From Eledone cirrhosa (taxonomy: Eukaryota): a DNA stretch of 64,000 nt. Each line of letters opens with the position of its first letter. The stretch's first letter is position 1. The notes under the pieces are model-generated. The model was not told where the DNA came from, did no database searches, and worked only from the letters and a program-made list of their open reading frames with translations. Position numbers and translations under genes: made by a program. Shown here in pieces: positions 1 to 11,249 of this stretch. The stretch spans positions 30,504,001-30,568,000 of the forward strand of contig OZ024748.1 of the NCBI GenBank assembly GCA_964016885.1. Direction: 5' to 3'.

Positions 1-340
1 CCACTACCACCACCACTTCTGTTGCCACAAATTCACTACCTCAACTGCCCCAATACCACAACCACCACCACCACCATCACTACTATAAACAGGAGTCAAA
101 GTGTTTCTATAAGTAGACATACAGTCAGCCACCTAGATAAAACATAGGTCAACAAGCCACTTGATAAACACCTAATAATCCCCATTTTTTTAAAATAAAA
201 ACAACAAACTGAATTTGAAAATCTGGTAATACTGGTGTTCTCTGTACAAGTCTTTTAGATCATTAGTATTGTTGCGGGAAAGTTTTTTATAATATTTGTT
301 AAGATTGGTGTTATGAAACTTTCTCTTTTAGGTTGCTAGT

Positions 341-485
341 GGTGTTGTGGGAAATGTGGGATCTGTTATAGTTGGTGTTGTGGGAAATGTGAGATCTGTT
401 ATAATTGGTGTTGTGGGAAATGTGAGATCTGTTATAATTGGTGTTGTGGGAAATGTGAGATCTGTTATAGTTGGTTTTTGTGGAA
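341..485. repeat. 33-bp minisatellite, ~4.3 copies
   Basis: The unit GGTGTTGTGGGAAATGTGRGATCTGTTATARTT repeats at 341, 374, 407 and 440, with a partial copy at 473. Confidence 0.9.
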
Positions 486-544
486 AACTAGTTGTATGAT
501 GCAAAGAAATATATTTTAAAGTGCTTATATTAATCAAGTAGTAC

Positions 545-1000
545 AGGATGGTGTACAACTGCTAACAACAAAATGCTTTTCTCTCAGAGTGAAAGGTAGA
601 CTGTATAATGGCTATGTACAAACTGCAATATTACATGGCAGTGAAACCTATGACTGCAGAAGACCTGTGGAGGCTAGAAAGAAATGAGTCAAGTATGCTC
701 CAATGAATGTGCAATGTTAGTGTGCATGAGTGACATAGCATAAACTTACTGAGGGAAAAACTTGGCATATGAAGAATTGTTGTAGTGTGCAAGAGAGGAG
801 ACTGAGTTGGTATGGCCATGTGATGTGCATGGAAGATGGCAGCTTCATAAAGAAATGCAGAGAAACCCCAGTGGCCAGGACCCATGGAAGAGGCAGACCC
901 AGAAAGACATGGGATGAGATTGTAAGGATTGACCGTATAACAGAAATGACTAAAGACTGTGAGGGCTGGCGCAATGCAGTGGTGAAAAAGACCTGACCTG
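545..1000 (+). mobile_element. degenerate RTE-clade LINE, 3' fragment
   Basis: Broken reading frames with typical RT C-terminal motifs (VKGRLY...LHGSET, RRLSWYGHV, GRGRPRKTW). Confidence 0.8.
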
Positions 1001-1129
1001 CAGCTTACAATGTGACCTGACCTACACACCCTAACAGTTATTATCAACCTCTTCCACTAGCACACCCTAACAGTTATTATCCCCCCCCCCCCCTGCACAC
1101 ACATGAATTCATTGCAGCCCCCACCTGTA

Positions 1130-1520
1130 TCCCAGTGAAGTGATTGGTGATAGGAAAGGCTTTCAGCCATGGAGAACTTGCCAAGCAAACAAAGGGTCAA
1201 GAGGACCCTTCAGTCGTGTCATGAACATGACAGCTACCCTAATGTTGGTGATCTACATGATAAACATACCTAGTACATGCTGTAAAGTGATTGGTGATAG
1301 GAAGGGCATCCAGCCATTGAAAACTTGCCAGACAAAGGGTCAGGAGGACCCTCCAGTCATTTCAAGGGCATGACAGCCTACCTAGCATTGGTGATTTACA
1401 CAATAAACACACCCAGTAGATGCTGTAAAGTGGTTGGTGATAGGAAGGGCATCCAGCCATTGAAACTTGCCAAACAAAGGATTAGAAAGACTCTCAGTTG
1501 TATCAAAGGCATGACAACCT
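1130..1520 (+). repeat. three tandem ~145-bp copies of a SINE/LINE-tail module (GTAAAGTGRTTGGTGATAGGAAGGGCATCCAGCC)
   Basis: The motif recurs at ~1135, 1283 and 1425. Related copies lie at ~49605, 50125 and 51710. Confidence 0.7.
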
Positions 1521-1954
1521 CTGCTGAGCAACTGATGGAACATGAGACTGTACATAAGCGAAACAGATCCCTGGCTTGCTTGGGAGATCAGTGGCTCTGC
1601 TTTAGTAAGGACTTGGTCTATATAGTCCTGTCCAAACCTTGCTAGCAGGGAAAGCAGATGTGAAAACGACAATGATGTTGATGATGATCATATATATACA
1701 TATATATATATACACACACACATACATACATACACACACACACATATACATATTTGTGTGTCTCCGAATCTTTGTTTATGTCTCACAACTTAGCAGTTTA
1801 ATAAAACGAGATCAATAAAATAAGTACCAGACTTAAAAAAAAAAAAAAAAAATAAGTCCTGGGTTTGATATTATCGACTAAATTTTTCAAGGTGATGCCC
1901 CAGTATGGCTGCAGTCTAATGACTGAAACAAGTAAAAGAATAATAAAAGAATAC

Positions 1955-2134
1955 CTGCATGAAAGAATATTTTTCTTCTGAATATCTGGTTTCTTGGGCA
2001 GGTGTAAAGGTTTCATTTCTGGGGCATCAAGCTGTAAGTAATCTTCATCATCAACGTCAAGTGTGATGAGAGACATTTTTGGTTCTTGGCGCTGGGACAG
2101 GAAAGCATTGTTGGAACGGATGAACATCCATTGT
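1955..2134 (-). CDS. MTARC: mARC coding exon 2 (gene continues beyond the left window edge)
   Basis: Acceptor ttttatttccccAG, donor AG|GTATTC, 180 nt, phase 2/2 compatible with exon 1. Encodes (R)QWMFIRSNNAFLSQRQEPKMSLITLDVDDEDYLQLDAPEMKPLHLPKKPDIQKKNILSC(R), matching the mARC DR.W.......T.RQEP.L.LI block. Confidence 0.9.
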
Positions 2135-2324
2135 CTGGGGAAATAAAATGTTCAAACAGAAAGGAAAAAAATAATTTTTATTACATCTCTGCTCATTTAT
2201 TCCTATGAGGGTCATGGGGGCAGAGTCTTCAGACACTCTCTCCAACAGGTCCTGTCAGGAGCGACTATTTCCAACTGATCCGGCTGGATCCCCAAGCAAG
2301 ACCAGCCAAGGGTTGGCACAAATA

Positions 2325-3030
2325 CCAACTGATTAGAGACCGAATTGATCTAGATGAAATGCAGTTTGGATTTGTGCCAGGTAAAAGTACCACGGATGCT
2401 CTTTTCCTTGTACGGCAACTACAGGAGAAGTACCTAGCTAAAAGTAAACCCCTCTACTTAGCTTTTGTTGACTTGGAGAAAGCCTTTGACAGAGTCTCCC
2501 GCTCCATTATCTGGTGGGCTCTTAGAAAACTAGGAGAAGATGAATGGCTTGTGAGAACTATAAAGCCATGTATAGAGAAACAGTCAACAAGGTTAGAATT
2601 AATAATGAATATAGTGAAGAATTTAGCGTAAAAGTAGGTGTTCATCAAGGCTCCATCCTTAGCCCCCTCCTGATTATTATTGCCCTTCAGGCTATAACAG
2701 AGGAGTTTAAGACTGGCTGCCCATGGGAACATCTACATGCAGATGATCTAACTTTCATAGCTGAATCTATGGTTGAACTAGAGAAGAAATTCCAAACATG
2801 GAAGAAGCATGGCCTAGAATCAAAAGGCCTTAAAGTTAACTTGTCTAAAACTAAAGTTCTAGTATGTAGAAAGGAAAATAGAGCACAGGTGCCCTCTGGG
2901 AAATGGTGTGTAGGAAAGGAGTAGGTAGAAATTCCAGTCTATGCCCCAAATGCAAACTATGGATAGATAAAAGATGTAGTGGGATCACAGGCAAGCTATC
3001 TAAGAATGTAGATTTTATATGTGGCTGATG
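2325..3030 (+). mobile_element. degenerate RTE-clade LINE RT fragment
   Basis: QFGFVPGKSTTDA, AFVDLEKAFDRV, GVHQGSILSPLL and LHADDL motifs across frameshifts. Confidence 0.85.
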
Positions 3031-3043
3031 CTGAGAGTGTTCT

Positions 3044-4425
3044 AATTACAAATGGATCTCCTTGTTAAGCCTCCCTGGTAAAGTCTGGCAAAGAGATACA
3101 GGGAGATTGTCATGTCCAAGCTAGCTAATGAACAGTGTGGTTTTCGCCCCAAACGCAGCACAGACGACCAAATATTTACACTGCGGCAAGTATTCGAGAA
3201 ATTGTGGAAGTATTGCCAAGAAGTATATTCCTGTTTTGTTGACCTTGAGAAGGCATATGACCGCATTCATCAGGACCTGCTGACGAAAGCTGTGCAAGAG
3301 TATGGGATTGATGGTCAGCTTCTTGCTGCCCTGACTTCTCTATACGAATGTGTAAGTATTCGTGTTTGGATAAATGGTGCTAAATCGAAACCATTCAATG
3401 CAGGAGTCAGACTCCGCCAAGGGTGCGTAATGTCACCTCTCCTGTTCATTGTTGATTGGCAGTATCGGTAGAGAGTCGGACACAATGCTTTGAAGCATAG
3501 AGTTACGTCCCTTTATTATCTGAGTTCAAATCCTGCCGTGGTTAACTTTGCCTTTCATCCTTACGGGGTCGATAAAATAAAGTACCGGTAATGTACTGAG
3601 TAATAGCTGGCCTTGTGCCAATAGTAGAAACAATTATGTACATAAACAAGATTGACATGCGCAACCAGGTTGGAAGTGGGATCATGACTGGCAGGTGTAA
3701 AATCAGTCAGCTGAAATTTGCAGACGACATGGTGTTACTCAACTCGACAGAAGATGATCTTTGACTTGCACTTGATAGGTTTGATGCCAAGTGCTGCATG
3801 GCTGGAATAAAAATCAGTGCTGCGAAAACTGAGACACTCATCCTCTCAAGGAAGCCTGCGCAGTGCATGCTACATGTGAATGGAGTTCCACTGAAACAGG
3901 TAGAAAAGTTCAAGTATCTCGGGGTCTCGTGTTCACGAGTGTTGGAACGCAGGAGGCTGAATTAAGTGAAAGAATTGCAAAAGCTGATGCAGTAATGCGC
4001 CAGTTTCAGCTTTCAGTAATCAGAAGAAGGGAAGTAGGTGTAAAAGCCAAACTTGCTGTCTTCAATTCAGTATTCGTGCCAACCTTACCTATGGTCATGA
4101 ATCTTGCTTAAAGACCGAAACAATACAATCTCAAATACAAGCGGCTGAAATGGGAATCCTCCGAGAGATCTTTGGAGTAACGTTACTCGATAAAGTTCGT
4201 AGGTCGGAGACCAGAGAGTCACTCCAGGTAGAGCCGCTACTTCTCCAAATTGAGAGATTACAGCTCCGATGTAATGGTTAGAATGTTACAGGAAGAATCA
4301 CTGGACAGATTTTACGGACAAAACCAACAAGTAGGAGACCCAGGGGTAGACCCCGAGCAAGATGGTTGGATAACATCCATGAGCTTGGCTGGTCACACTT
4401 GGGGATCCAGCCGGATCAGTTGGAG
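3044..4425 (+). mobile_element. degenerate RTE-like LINE RT fragment interrupted by a SINE
   Basis: QCGFRPKRSTDDQIF, FVDLEKAYD, LRQGCVMSPLLF and FADD motifs. A SINE at ~3450-3633 splits the RT. Confidence 0.8.
3450..3633 (+). mobile_element. tRNA-derived SINE (abundant cephalopod-type family)
   Basis: B-box GAGTTCAAATCC followed by the conserved core GCCTTTCATCCTTACGGGGTCGATAAAATAAAGTACC. Many copies occur in the window. Confidence 0.8.
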
Positions 4426-4668
4426 TAATTATTTACTAACCGCATGTCCGGACAGCTCCGTTTCGAAAACGTAAACAAACTTCAGAATATAACTGTTTCT
4501 ACTTTTGGCACAAGGCCAGTAATTACCCAGTACATTACTGGTACTTTATTTTATCGACCCCGTAAGAGACAAAGTTAACTTCAGAATATAACGTTTTCCA
4601 AACTATATTTTATAGTTGTTTACGTTTTCGAAATGGAGATGTCCGGACATGCGGTTGTTAAGTAATTA
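4426..4668. mobile_element. MITE-like inverted-repeat element containing a truncated SINE (4494-4576, minus strand) flanked by a 16-bp TSD
   Basis: Arms TAATTA..AACCGCATGTCCGGACA..TTTCGAAAACGTAAACAA and their reverse complement. AACTTCAGAATATAAC is duplicated at 4478-4493 and 4577-4592. Confidence 0.7.
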
Positions 4669-5007
4669 TGCTTTTTATATTGTTTAATGAAGCTGAAGAA
4701 TTGAGTACAAAGGAATAAAATGGTACTTCCTATTGTATTGAAAAAACATTCGTAACTTTAATGAATAATTTAATGTAATTAAATCCTGGTTATTTTTTAT
4801 TCATTTCATATATACTCTATGATGTAAAACTACTTTGACTGGAAATTTACTAATTGGATTATACTGTACACATACTTTTGATATATATATATGTGTATAC
4901 ATGAACGTACGTATGTATACACACATACATATATATATATGAATGTGTGTGTATGTATATATATATGTGTGTGTATAAAGAAAGGAAGGAAGAAACAAAG
5001 GACTTAC

Positions 5008-5279
5008 CTGTCACCGACGTTTTTGTAAGAAATCCCTAATGGGGTGCACCACGCCCTTTCGACCGACAACCAACGGCATGACTTTACCGGGTAGCAAAAT
5101 ATAGCGGCTACTCTTCCCACTGTCACGAAGTATTCGCATCGCTTCCGATGGAACCAGGCTGATATGCAATGTTTGTAAAAAGAGGCGCCAATCAACGATG
5201 CCATCACACGCGCCGAATTGTTTTCCGACAACGTAGTTAACAGTTGCCAGATTTTATCTTCTAAATTCTCTCCCATCAT
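5008..5279 (-). CDS. MTARC: mitochondrial amidoxime-reducing component (mARC, MOSC-domain molybdoenzyme), coding exon 1
   Basis: The translation ends VTVGRVAAIFCYPVKSCRWLSVERAWCTPLGISYKNVGDR, matching the MOSC_N motif of mARC (VG.VA....YPVKSC......A.CT..G......DR). A hydrophobic N-terminal anchor precedes it, and it ends at a canonical donor AG|GTAAGT (phase 2). Confidence 0.9.
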
Positions 5280-5819
5280 TTCTTCTTCTTCTTATACCAT
5301 ATAAGTCCGGTGACTCTGTGAGCGAGCAGGTGAAACTCCGGAGTAACAAGACTCACTTTTTAGCCATAATAAATGAATATTTAAACTCTATTTCTGTATT
5401 GCGTACTCTTTTCTCTCGTCCGTGAACTACATAAGGATATTTAAATATATGTCAATGTCACTACCAACGTGATTTCTGAAGCGGATAATGACCTTATTAC
5501 TTCACATTCGATAACAAATTTCCGAGTGCAATCTGTAAATTAGGCCTCATCATCATGTACTTTTATCGTTTATCAAGAATAAGGAGAAGTAAGAAAAAGA
5601 AGCTTAGTGAAGACAGCGGTGACAATATCAAGGGCAGTTACTCTAGATCTTTCAATGAATCTTTTTTTTTTGTTAACACCCGTAATTTAAATGACCTCGC
5701 TTTAACCACCAAATCTTATCAAATGAGACTATATCTATATATATATATATAGATATAGTCTCATATATATATATACAATGATATTAAATAAATGGAAACT
5801 GTATTTATAAAACCATATT

Positions 5820-5884
5820 TATTTTATTATATATATTTCAAGGGCAACCAAGACAACATTGGTACGCTTTCATCAGATAAAATA
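5820..5884 (-). ncRNA. type I hammerhead ribozyme (family A)
   Basis: Minus strand: tattttat CTGATGA aagcgtaccaa-tgttgtc-ttggttgccctt GAAA tatata TA ataaaata. It has an 8-bp stem I, a paired stem II and a palindromic stem III. Confidence 0.8.
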
Positions 5885-5980
5885 CAAAGTTTGTTTTATA
5901 AATATAGATAGAGACATACCCATGAAAATCATACCTTATCGGTTGGAAATTCACTTCCAACAAATTAAATACAACTTCTA

Positions 5981-6053
<73 letters not shown>

Positions 6054-6462
6054 ATACTTTGGGAGGGTCATGTTGCCAAATTCAGAAACGAAATATATAT
6101 ATATATTTAATTAGAAAGTGAACAACACAAAATATAACTACTCCATTACCAAAGGTTTCTAGATCCCAGACGTATATTAATATTGTCTGGGATATTAAGT
6201 AGTTATATTTTGTGTTGTTCACTTTCTAATTAGATAGCTCTGTTCTATACATAGAACACTCTTTTTTTCCTTTGCTTTTTCTTCGGAATTACCTTACACA
6301 CACACACACACATATATATATAGGCAAAAGGGATATTTAATTTGTTGGTAATTCAACAAATATAAATATTTATAACTGATTCAAAGCACTCAACAAATTT
6401 TTTCTGGAGTATAATATTCAATGATATTAAATAAATGGAAACTATATTTATAAAACCATATT

Positions 6463-6538
6463 TATTCTATTATATATATTATATATATATATATTTCAAG
6501 GGTACCAAAGCTTTGGTTCGCTCTCTTCAGATAAAATA
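6463..6538 (-). ncRNA. type I hammerhead ribozyme (family A), stem III expanded by (TA)n
   Basis: tattttat CTGAAGA gagcgaaccaaa-gc-tttggtaccctt GAAA (TA)n TA atagaata. Confidence 0.7.
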
Positions 6539-6679
6539 CAAAGTTTATTTTATATTGACATAGCCAGGAATAGGATGTTAACGGTTCAAGTTATTCCTGG
6601 AATAAGTTATCCAGCACACAACACACAAAAACAAGGTGGTGTAGGACAGAACAAAGGAGAGACACAAAATAAAAACCTA

Positions 6680-6722
6680 GTCACTGAGGAGGTCACAGAA
6701 TGTGTAACGAAAGAGCTTTGAC
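6680..6722 (+). ncRNA. minimal type I hammerhead ribozyme (family B)
   Basis: gtca CTGAGGA ggtcacagaatgtgtaac GAAA gagc TT tgac. Homologous to 40413-40457. Confidence 0.65.
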
Positions 6723-7014
6723 AATATATAAACAACCTTCCGGTTATCGAACCAACCATTCAACCGGAAACTTATAATAAATTGAAGTGAAAGCCAACAG
6801 GGGTGTTCCTATTGGCAGCATGACCCTCCCAAAGTATAACAATTATTATATTTCTTTTTATACAGCTATGAATAAAAAATAAAAAAATAAAAAAAAAATT
6901 CTGTTATTTACGCATTTGTAAATTTTGGAGGATACATACATACATGATGGCTGCCCCCTCGTTATCGAGTATGGCCATTGCACGAGAAAAAAACAAAACA
7001 TATATATATACATA

Positions 7015-7329
7015 TGTAGCGGTTGTCTCCCTTGTTTGGATTAACATCTAGACGGGAAGTAGAACCCTTTCTGCAACTTCCAGTCAGAACCCTATAAAAC
7101 TAACAACTTTAAGTTCTCATCCTCTCATTTGCCTTCCGGCGCCTCTCATTTGGCCTTCCGGCTCCTGGCCTTAGCCAGGCGTCCTCTGCCAGCCGCGTTT
7201 GCCTGGCAATCAAAACGGTAACGACTAACTTTGTTTCATTCTATCATCTATTTCTTTGACATGTCAACTATACTATCTACCATTGTTAATTAAATATTAT
7301 ACACACAAACCATGTCTCGTTTTGTTACA
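7015..7329 (+). mobile_element. LTR-like segment (TG...CA) abutting Gypsy RT
   Basis: Starts TGTAGC and ends TTACA, with an internal TATAAAA. Patchy similarity to the 3' LTR at 10677 (CTCCC, CTAGA.GGAAGTAG, ACTTCC.GTCA). Confidence 0.5.
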
Positions 7330-7344
7330 TTCATGCAACCCAGA

Positions 7345-9873
7345 CATATGCTGCAGCTGGGCATTATTCGCCCATCTACGAGTCCTTGGGCTTCACCGTT
7401 ACACATGGTGCCCAAGACTTCAGGCGACTGGAGACCCACGGGGGATTATAGGAGGTTAAATGCCATGACCGTCCCGGATAGGTATCCCATTCCCCATCTC
7501 CACGATTTTGCATCTTCACTGCAGGGGTGTAAGATTTTTTCTAAGTTAGATTTAGTGCGAGCCTACCACCAAATTCCGGTCAGGAAGGAGGATATTCCGA
7601 AAACTGCAATTACAACCCTTTTCGGATCATTCGAATTTTTGACCATGCCTTTCGGACTCAGGAACGCCGCTAGCACTTTTCAGTGGTTCATAGACGAGGT
7701 CACGCGTGGTCTGGACTTCGTCTATGCTTACATAGACGATATTCTCGTCGCTAGTTCCTCTCCGGAAGAGCATATGCGCCACATGCTTCTCTTACTTCGG
7801 CGACTTCAGGATTACCGCGTTCGCGTGAATCCTGCAAAGTGTGTTTTCGGTTCCACTTCCCTACATTTTTTAGGCCACCTCATCGACGCCGAAGGTATTA
7901 GGCCGCTCCCTGAGCGAGTTCAAGCCATACAGGAGTTACCGCCGCCTACTACACTTCACCAGTTGCGTCACTTCTTAGGCCTAATCAATTTCTATAGGCG
8001 TTTCATTCCTCATTGTGCTAATTGGCTATCTTCCCTTACTGACATTTAAAAAAAACGTCGTAAGAAGAATGAAGACATTTCCTTGACACAAGGACAGCTT
8101 CAGGATTTCCAGTCTGCCAAGACAGCCCTCGCTAGTTCTTCTTTGCTAGCCCACCCGGTACCAGAGGCCAAGCTTTCGCTTTGTGTTGATGCATCTGATA
8201 CCGCTGTGGGAGCAGTTTTACAGCAGTCTTACGCTGAAAGCCAACAACCTTTGGCATTTTTCTCGAGGAAGTTGAAACCAGCAGAAACGCGTTATAGCAC
8301 GTTTGGGCGGGAATTATTAGCCATATATCTGTCGGTGAAACATTTCTCTCATATCCTTGAGGGGAGAAATTTTACGGTTTTTACCGACCACAAACCGTTG
8401 ACTTTCGCTTTGAGGGCCAAAGCCGACAGATATTCGCCCAGAGAGACAAGGCACCTGGACTACGTTTCACAATTTACAAACGATATCCAGCACATTGCCG
8501 GCCCGCACAACATAGTTGCAGACGCATTATCTCGTTTGCCAATTAGCTCCATCTCGTCATCCCAGGATATCGATTTAGGTCGTTTAGCTGCAGACCAACC
8601 TGCACTCCAATCGTTGGACACTCTTTCTACCGAATTTGCGACTTGCATTTTCAAATATCTGCCCTTGTCCACCACCGACAGGCAGATCCTTTGTGATGTA
8701 TCCACTGATGCACCACGACCACTTGTTCCTGAGACTCACCGTCGAATTGTGTTCCTGGCTCTGCACAACATTTCTCATCCAGGATCTGCTGCCACAGTTA
8801 AACTCATAACAGCCAGATTCTTCTGGCCTAATATGAGGCGCGACATTGCTGCTTGGTGCCGTTCCTGTATCGCTTGCCAGAAATCGAAGATCCATAGACA
8901 CATCCGGACTCCACTGGGTACTTTCACCACTCCAGATGCCCGGTTCCAACACATCCACATTGACATCGTTGGACCCTGGCCATTCAGCAGTGGATATTCC
9001 TACATATTGACGTGTGTCGATCGTTTTTCGCGATGGCCTGAAGCCATCCCTTTACAAGACATGACTGCTGAGACTGTAGCACGTGCCCTGGTATCAGGGT
9101 GGATTACCCGCTTTGGGGTACCAACTACACTCACCACAGACCGCGGTAGACAATTCGAGTCCCATCTCTTCTCTGAGCTCACCAAAATAATTGGAGCTCA
9201 ACGAATTTGGACCACGGCCTATCATCCTGCTTCAAATGGAATGGTGGAACGATTCCACCGCCAATTAAAGGCCGCTCTTCGCGCCTATCCAGTCTCTCAA
9301 CGTTGGAGCGAGTACTTTCCTATTGTGTTATTAGGAATTCGGTCATCAATAAAGGAGGACCTTGGGTTCTCCCCGGCCGAATTAATTTACGGTGCTCCTC
9401 TAGCGTTGCCTGGGCAAATGCTTGCCCCTGTTGATCTTGCTTTCCAAGATCCGCTTTCCTACGTATCCCGTCTGCGTACTTATTTACAGGACCTGCCGCC
9501 GATGGATACGAGGAAGCAAACTGTAAAACATGCGGTCCCGAGGGACATTGCCTCGTGGACCCATGTGTTCGTAAGGAACGATGCTGTGAGACCACCCCTC
9601 ACACAACCATACTCTGGACCCTACCGTGTGTTAGCACGCACTGACAAACATTTCACTGTAGACGTTAAGGGGTCCAGAGAGACAATTTCGGTGGATAGAC
9701 TGAAAAGGGTACACAATGACGCTCATACACCCGAGCCACAAATACCCCAATCTTTCACCATTGTGCATACACCTGCTCCTTCTGCCCCACCTTCACCTAC
9801 ATACAAGACTACGACCCGTTCCGGTCGGAGAGTCCACTGGCCCAAAAAGTTCTGCCAAACTATTTTTATGTGA
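7345..9873 (+). mobile_element. Ty3/Gypsy LTR retrotransposon pol (RT-RNaseH-integrase); gag/protease missing; one in-frame stop
   Basis: [40 protein letters not shown] integrase zinc finger, DDE core ([24 protein letters not shown]) and GPY motif. ORFs 7312-8049 and 8083-9873 share a frame, separated by TAA at 8047-8049. Confidence 0.95.
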
Positions 9874-10257
9874 ACTGGCCATTGGAGCCTTATATATATA
9901 TATATTATTTTTTTTGCTGTTCTTATTTATTTGATTTATTGTATTGCAATGTACCTCTCATGACCATTTCACTGGATGTATATATATGTTTTTCGTTTCC
10001 TTTACAACGAACATTTTAAGCTATATTCTATTTGCCGGTTTATAAATTTACCACGTAAATTTACCGTTGATAACCGCGCATTTATTAAGAATGCTTATTT
10101 CTTTGGTCGCTGGCCTCTTGACCCTTCCAGGTCAACGCATTCTCAACATCGACCATCAACTTCGGCTGCTATTTCTAGCACTTTGCGCAACTAATTTTTT
10201 TCTGAAAAAATTTTTTTTACTGTGAATTTAAACACCGAATACGCTCACTCAGCGAGA

Positions 10258-10365
10258 CAACAGCAGCAGCAACAGCAACAGCAATATAACAGCAACAGCA
10301 ACAGAAATATAACAGCAACAGCAATATAACAGCAACAGCAATACAGCAGCAACATCAACACAGCT
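10258..10365. repeat. (CAG/CAA)-rich microsatellite within the Gypsy 3' region
   Basis: CAACAG/CAGCAA repeats are directly visible. Confidence 0.8.
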
Positions 10366-10676
10366 TCACCAACAACCAAAGCCAGAGAATTTATTTTTGC
10401 AGCACTCTTCCTGTGAGAAAATCCATTCGGAGGTTGGAAATTTCACGATATACCACAGAACAGAAACCACCTGCATTCATTCTCTGGAACACACTTTCTT
10501 TCCTGCTGTCATGTGATTGCACACCTGTGAACTATATTTTGTACATTTGAACTTTTGACCTCTTTTCTTACTTCCATTACTCTGTACCATAGTTTTCATG
10601 CCTCTTACATGCTCGCCATCTTACCCCATGCATGCTTCTTTCGATTTTTATGTTTTAAAAATCTGGCGGGAGATAT

Positions 10677-11082
10677 TGTAGTAAGAGTTACCTCCCCTGC
10701 CACGACAATCGAATCGCTGTTCTCTAGATAGGAAGTAGGTGGAGTTGCTTCCCTTTGGGATTGACCAAACTCCCTAGTGGTCACTTCCGGTCAACAGAGA
10801 TAAAAGGAGCGATTTACCGCGAAATCTCTCTCTCGCCTCCTGATTCCTGAAGTGGTAACATCTTCGACCATAGCTGGTGATTCTTTCTGGACGACCCTTT
10901 CGTTACCAGCACAATGCAGCTCACCAGCCTGAGATGAGAGCGCCAAGATATTTCTACCAACTTCAGAATGGTATTATTGCCATCGGGTAACAACCCTTTA
11001 CATTATACGCCTTTGACTTCTATGAAGTAAAACTTTATCACACACACACACCAGTACTTTTTGTCTTTTATATTATGTTGCA
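10677..11082 (+). mobile_element. probable 3' LTR of the Gypsy element
   Basis: A purine-rich PPT-like tract (TGGCGGGAGATA) lies just before TGTAGT. The right boundary is approximate. Confidence 0.6.
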
Positions 11083-11249
11083 TGTGCACCGATATCTATT
11101 TCCTAAACATATATATATATACATATATTAATAACAATAATAATAATAATAACAACAATAATAATAACGACAACAACAACAATAATAATATACATATATA
11201 TATACACACACGCACACACATAAACATATCTATACACACACGATAGCAA

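Noticed and set aside
328-558. Thr/Pro-rich mucin-like ORF
   Set aside because: It is explained by the 33-bp minisatellite inside a mARC intron, and has no convincing splice sites.
3450-3633. tRNA gene (GTTCAAATCC T-loop)
   Set aside because: There is no cloverleaf; it is the tRNA-derived head of a repeated SINE.
8044-8056. TTTAAAA slippery site suggesting programmed frameshifting in Gypsy pol
   Set aside because: The flanking ORFs are in the same frame, so this is a simple nonsense change or a base error.
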